Part shown: piece by piece, positions 32,948 through 39,260 of the stretch
Numbering within the stretch: position 1 is the stretch's first letter
Layout: the number at the start of each line of letters is the position of its first letter
Assembly (NCBI GenBank): GCA_003990765.1
Contig: RBNJ01000146.1
Coordinates: forward strand, 1-39,260
DNA: 39,260 nucleotides
Direction of reading: 5' to 3'
From: Jimgerdemannia flammicorona
Taxonomy: Eukaryota
The notes under the pieces: generated by a model
What the model was told of the DNA's origin: nothing
Databases searched by the model: none
The model's input: the letters and a program-made list of their open reading frames with translations, nothing else
Position numbers and translations under genes: made by a program

Positions 32948-35900
32948 GATGATTTCAAGTAATATGCTACTGTAAGGAGTCTGACAGCAAGATAGCAAGT
33001 AACTCTCATACTCTTCAGTCTCTGAGGACCAGCAAGAGTAGTATTCACAGCTGTAACCCATATAGAAAATAATGATGATGCTATGCTAGCAGTATAGAAG
33101 ACCTGGCTCTGAGCCATATACTATAGTCCTGGATCTAGTATAGAAGATTACCTATGCCCAGTGATACTGGATAGCCAGACACCTATAAGACTATATAATG
33201 GAAAGAGTTACTAGAGTCAGAATCAAAGCACCCAAAGCAACTAGTGTGATCTCTATTATAGTGATCAATTGAAATATACCTCAACTAAGAGCTACTGAGT
33301 AATAGAGAAATAGTGACCCCATAGAGGAACTTACCAAGAGGTTTGCTGAAATAACAACCCATCTAGAAGATATAGTAAAGAAAATTAAAGGAAGAGACCA
33401 CCACCCAGTTCAGAAATTCACTACCATCTCAGACAAGAAGAGAGGTATCTGCTACACCTATAGAGAGGAGGGCCACTACTCATATGAATATATAAGTAAA
33501 ACCAAGTGCAAGGCACAGCCAAGTAATACTACTCAAAATAAGGAATAGGCCAATATCATTATTTTTAAGGAGATTGGAGAATCAGATGAAGAAAAATAAG
33601 AGGCCTACCTTATACTGACTATTAAGAAGGATGTTTGCAAGGAACCCTATAAGAGACCATCAGAGAGACCCAAGAAGAACCCTGTGGAAAGGCAGATGGA
33701 GACTGCTACAGAAAGTTAAGATAAAGAAATGAATCAAGATATAGAGCTAGAATAGGTATTCAAGATATCATCTAAGAAACTACTCCAGTCAGTAAAGGAA
33801 AAAAGGAGAAGAAGCTTCACAAAACCAAAACCTTCAAGTAAGATATCTTTAAGTCAATAAAAGATCAATACAACCTTCAGCCAGCTAGCAGAAATACCCA
33901 CATTCAGACAGCAAAGATATAGACTCACTAAGATAACTAAGAAAGATAACCAAGGCCAACAATGTTTAAGAGGACTCAGGAGAAGAAAGCGAATATAACT
34001 GAAAGACCTCTACCTATACAACTTGTCAAATTAAAGATAGAGTCTTTAAGGCTATCATTGATATAGGAGTAGAAGGATGCCTTCTCAGCAAGAAAGCAGC
34101 TAGCTGCCTAGGTTGGGAAGTTGAAGAAGCAACCAAATTGGTATTTGTCACAGCAGATAGTATAAGAGCCACACCTCTGAGAAAGATATGAGATATTCTC
34201 ATTAAGTTCAGAGTAACAATAATCTCAGTAGATATAATCATGACTAATGCAATCAACTATAACATCCTCATCAGCAATCAGTAGCTTCATAAAGCTAAAG
34301 CAATAATTGATCTGAATGATCAAAAGATACAGATCATTTACTATGGAAAGAAGATACAAATTTCTATCAATTTCAATAAAGGAGTCCTGCCTGAGATGGA
34401 AGAAGAAGAGAGTAAACAAGAGGAAGCCTACATAGTAACAACTCAGAAAAAGGAGAAGAAAATCAGATGGATGAGTAAAGAAGACTGGTGCAAAAAGATT
34501 ATAGAAGGATATACACCATAAGGAGTCTGCCCCCATGAGATCCAAATGTATTATATGGAGCATATTAATGAGTGTTATCAGTACACTAGCAAAATCAAGG
34601 AAATCTACCACCAAAAAACAGAGAAGGCTCTTGAGAAACAGATAAGAGAAGAAAAGAGAATAGAAGAAGAGGAGAAAGAGGATGATGAACTACCAGCTCT
34701 CTTCAAAGATAGTGATGATAAAGAAGAAATCAAGATCAAGATTCAGAAGATTCACTCTAATGCAGTTTTACTAGAATATAAGTCAGAAAATATAGTTGGA
34801 ATAGATATCACTACAGTGAAAGAAACTGTACTAGAACTCCAGACAACCATTTCAAAATACTATGTTGGAATCCTCAAGACAAGAAGCAATCTTGCTAAGA
34901 GTGAAATCACAATTAAAGGAGGAGTCATCAATTCTGATTATATTGAAGAAATACTACTTATTACTAGGAACTACAATCCTATGATTCCATTTCCAATCAA
35001 GAAGAAGGACTAACTGATATAAATGTTGATCTTTCCAGTTCTGCAGCCAAGGATCATAGAAGTCAAGAAGTTGGAGAAAACAGAAAAAGGAAGAAAAGGA
35101 TTCAGATCTATAAGAAGAGGAGTATTTACCAGTACTAAGATTACCAAGCTGCAGCACAAGAAGAAGAAAACTATAAACAAGTACAGTTATACTATTGGAA
35201 ATGAATTCCCACTCAAGACAGAGATCAAGAAAATACTATATAAATTCAAGAATGTTCTCACCACAGACTTCAAGGATATCAAAGGAAAAACTCCATACTA
35301 CTATTATAATATAGATATTGGAGATACTGAACCAATTTACCAGAAGACAAGATCTGTCTACCAGTCTATCAAGAATGGCTCAGAGAAGAAATCAAGCAGA
35401 TAGAAGAAGTGAGTATCATCAAGGAGATCAGCAGCCCCTGGTCTTCACCAGTTATACTAGCTCCAAAGAAAGGAAGCAAGCCTGGAGAATTTTCTCCAAG
35501 ACTCTGCATTGATTACAGAAAGCTCAATATAGTCACTAAGAAGGATTGTCAACCACTATCTCTCATCAATGACATTCTTATAACTTAGGAGATGAAGTAC
35601 AGTACTATAGCATCTCAGATCTATATTTAGAATTCTACCAAATTGGACTCACAGAAACAGCAAGTGAGAAATCAGTCTTCATCATCTCAGATGGAACCTA
35701 TATCTACTTGTAAATGTCATTCAGAATATACAATACCTTTGTAAGCTTTTAGCAAATAATGAACAAAATCTTTTACTATGATATAGGAAGATGGATAATA
35801 GTTTATATAGATTATATCATCACCTACAGCAGGACAGTCAAAGAACATCAGCAGTACATCCAATAGATGATGAAGAAGCTGAGACAGCATGGTCTTTACA

Positions 35901-36785
35901 TCAAGCTCAAAAGGTGTAAGTTTGTAGAAATTGAGATCATTTATCTTAGCCATATCATCAATTGAGATAGAATACATACAGATCCTCTCAAGATATAAGT
36001 AGTAGTAGCATATCCAAGGTCTACTACTATTACTGAAGCCCAAGCCTTCATAGGGCTAGTCTTATATTAATAATAATTTATCAGAGGATTCTCCAAAATT
36101 GCAGGCCCAATCTATAAACTCAACAAGGATATCAAGTCCCAATGGACTGGTAGGTAACAAAAAGTATTTGATGAGCTCAAGGTCAGACTGACCCAGGACC
36201 CATCCTCAGTAGACCCAATTGGACTCAAGAATTCATCCTACAGACAAATGCAAGCACTCAGGAACTAGGAGCAGTCTTAGCTCAAAAAAAAGACAAAGTA
36301 GAGTATATTATCACATACTTAAGCCAAGGAATCTGAGAAGCTGAAAAAGAATATGAATCCTATAAGTTGGAATGTCTTACAGTTATCTGGGCTGTGAAAA
36401 AGTTCCACTACTATCTCACTGGAAGACACTTCACCATCCAGACAGACCACTCAGCCCTCACTTGGCTACTGACCACTGGGCAATCCAAAGAAATCTATGT
36501 CAGATAGAATATGAAGTTGCAAGCATATGATATAACTATTGTGCACTGCCCAGGAAGAACCAATGCCAATGTAGATACCCTCTCATAGATACCCCAAAGG
36601 ACTCACAACCAGTAAATCAATCATAAATAAAGAGCTCTACTATGGAATAATCACTTATCTGAGATAGCAAAAGATGCCCCAATATCTGGAAGAGTGGATA
36701 CAAACAATTATCAATAGAATATAGAAACAATTTGAAACCAATAGAGAAACATTGAAGAAAGGAAAACTACTAGTTATACTAGAAC
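32948..36785 (+). pseudogene. Family A gag-pol remainder: gag, protease, dUTPase (~34735-35115), RT, RNase H, start of integrase
   Basis: AIIDIG; VGIDI, RSNLA, GGVINSDYIEEI and GRKGFRS; LCIDYRKLN; FILQTNAS and IQTDHSAL. Confidence 0.92.
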
Positions 36786-36791
36786 TGAACC

Positions 36792-37070
36792 AAGTTTTGA
36801 GAATACTTTAAGTTGGAACAGCTACTGAACTCACAGCCAGACATGAAAAAAGAAGACTGAATTAGAGAGTATCAGCTCTCTTATACTCAGATTACAACTG
36901 CCAAATAAGTCAATAAGATGCTTAAGGATGATGAGCCAGCTCTAGCCTATCTTTATGGAGTAGTTTCAGGAGACTTTGGATATATCAAGAGACAATACTG
37001 GGAATATATAATGATACAGATTGAACAGTTTAAGGAGATATAAATTGTAGAAGCTTGAGAGTTTGAATAA
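36792..37070 (+). pseudogene. ORF3 C-terminal part (family A)
   Basis: EYFKLEQLLN...YQLSYTQITTAK...EPALAYL...EA*EFE* is a gapless match to family C ORF3, with the stop at the same position. Confidence 0.82.
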
Positions 37071-37568
37071 GATATTCAAGAGATAAATTACCTATTCAGG
37101 AGGAAGTTGTGACAGTTGATCCAAATTAGAAATATGAATCAGGAGAATTAGACATTTGATCATAGTATCTGAACCCAATCCTGATATAGTATAGTCTTAT
37201 AAATAGTAGTTATTGTTATTTCACAACTGTTAAAGTTTTTGTAAATATTGAACTCTTCACAGATATTGAAGATTTCACAAATGTTAAAAGACTCAATACT
37301 TATAAAAAGTAACTTATAACATAATTATGACTTAGCCACCTTATAGCTAGCAAACTTGTATAAATAACTCAATATCTTAGAGTAAATAAACCTTAGATCG
37401 AAATAGTTCAAAGCAAAGAGAAAGTAAAGGAACTAGTAAGCCTGTAGGCAGATATACTTTGAACTCAACCACCCCTGCATCTGAGGACTCTGCAGAGTCA
37501 AAGAAGATCAAGTTTTCAAGATACAGAAATCTGACATACTTCCAAGGTTAAGCATCCACTATATTATA

Positions 37569-38988
37569 ATAGATATAATCAGATACTAAGATATTTTGCA
37601 ATTGTTTTCTGATTATATATATATTAGACCTTTAGTTGATAAATTTGTAGCATATATTGAATAATGGTAACGTTTTTATAATGTGTTCAGACTTATTGGA
37701 TACAGTTTTCTTAAGCTTCTTGAAACTGTAGTAGTGGAATTGAAAAGGTCTAAAGAGAGCTGAGGACCAAGATCTAGAAGTACTGGTTAATCTTCTAATT
37801 TAAGAGATATATCTTGAGACAGTTGATATAAACTAGAGTTCTTAAGGTACATATATCTATTCATACTTCTTATATAAATACTAGTTTCTCTAATATTATA
37901 TATAAGATAAGATTCTTCGCACTTAGTCTCCAATTTAACAGCAAAGTCAAATTCAATCATACTTCTCTAAACAAGAACTTTATCATCAATCTTGATCTTC
38001 TAATCTTTCTGTTTCTGGTTATGGTACTTCTTTTGTCTTTCCTAAGCCTTGATTATCTAAGTTTGGACTTGATTATATAATTATTCTGCCTTTTTAAGAA
38101 GGTCTTCAAAGTTCTTATAATTAGTAATTCTGGTTTTTTTTAGTAAAAATTATCTTGAATAGCTTTTATTAAGTAGAGAGAATAGGGGTATTTTAAATTT
38201 CCCATAAGATCTCAAATAAGTAGACATCTCAATTAATAGAATTTACTCAAGTAAGTTTTTTCTTGATAGACTGGTTCATTTGTTTTATCATTTTATTAAT
38301 CTGAGAGTAGTAAGATATAGTCTTCTTCAGATAGATCTTATGAATTTATATATAACTTATAATTATATTATTGATAAATTCTGTACCTAGTACTCTCAAC
38401 AAATTGAATTAAATTGAATTTGACACAAATTCAATTTGAACTCTATTTTTTGAAATATAATAACTTAATGAAAATATATCTAAATTTAATATTCCTTAGT
38501 TTGTTAGATTTCTCTATATAAGAGGAATATAATAAGCTAAAGATCTTTAAATTTGGATGTGTCTTCATCAAGTTATTACATTTCTAAAAATAGAGTTCAA
38601 ATCAGACTCTCAATTTGATTTGAATTCAATTGAAAAATTTTCAATTCAATTTAATTCAAATGACTCCTAATTTGATTCAATTTGAATTGGTTCAATTTAT
38701 TTAAGAGCACTATCTGTGCCTTAGTAGAAATATATAAATTCTTCTGAGAGTCTATATCATAGTATAAGGTTATAGAGAAGGCCAACAATAGTTAAGATAT
38801 TAGTAATTTCTATTGAAAAGCTTTAGGCTATTTGGTCAGATATTTTACAAATATTAAAATATATTTGTTTCTTCTTGGTATAACTAGTAGGGGTCTAATA
38901 ATATCTATTCTCTATCTTTGAAAGATATGAACAAGTGGTGTAATTAGTTATAGTAGTATCTAATAGTTCTTTTTTCCTTAGTTGAAAT
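37569..38988 (-). mobile_element. B' integrase and ORF3 N-terminal remnant, very AT-shifted
   Basis: Colinear with 9655-10690, for example GAGCTGAGGACCAA at ~37757 and ~9838. Confidence 0.85.
38388..38712. mobile_element. hAT-type MITE (325 bp) related to 2015-2310, inserted in B' integrase
   Basis: Ends TAGTACTC...GAGCACTA and an 8-bp TSD TCTGTACC/TCTGTGCC. The same subterminal repeats are present with CpG converted. Confidence 0.9.
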
Positions 38989-39260
38989 CAGTGATGTATT
39001 CATGGGTGACGCAATCACGTATAAGCCGCAAATTATCGAGATAGAATTGAAATCCGCTACATTTTGGTCTGCTTGCCAGACGAAGCCTGAGAAATTGCCG
39101 TCATCCGCCAATCCGTCATTCAAGAAATCCGCCGAATTCGCCTCATTACGCAGAACCGCGCCTAATTAGGAAACCGCCGAAATCGTCCACGTTACCCAAA
39201 CAAGAGAACTTGCACTTATAGAATTAGAAACCTTTGAACATTTTGTTACTTTTTTTTTTT
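38989..39260. other. CpG-intact non-coding sequence with repeated AATCCGC/CCGCC motifs (possible DNA-transposon end or promoter)
   Basis: Abrupt return of CpG, beginning CAGTGATGT. The far end is not in the window. Confidence 0.35.

Larger units (their letters stand above)
26517..37568 (+). mobile_element. Gypsy family A element with both LTRs (26517-26978, 37108-37568), a LINE inserted in gag and most of integrase deleted
   Basis: Matching LTRs, 4-bp TSD ATAG, decayed PBS at ~26982, PPT CAGGAGGAAGT, and the order gag-PR-dUTPase-RT-RH followed by a jump to ORF3 at ~36785. Confidence 0.93.

Overview
Eukaryotic, most likely fungal, transposon graveyard. An early-diverging Mucoromycota-type host is my inference from the element types and the TPR family. 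No intact host gene is present. About 96% of the window is a nest of decayed retroelements: Ty3/Gypsy families labelled here A, B, C and D, a chromovirus 3' end, Ty1/Copia pieces and two L1/Tx1-like LINEs. The rest is two hAT-type MITEs, a TPR pseudogene in a CpG-intact island (~1433-2700) and a second CpG-intact edge (from ~38989). Damage is mostly C>T/G>A. The most notable signal is a small third ORF (ORF3, ~150-170 aa, no obvious TM or signal peptide) between integrase and the PPT of the non-chromoviral Gypsy families A, B and C. Its ATG overlaps the upstream stop codon in three copies, it is conserved at protein level, and its stop lies in a hairpin just before the PPT. It is retained even in a derivative that replaced RT-RH-INT with a Cys/His-rich region. 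Families A and C carry a dUTPase between protease and RT, and family D carries one upstream of RT. All translations and alignments were done by eye, so boundaries are approximate where stated.
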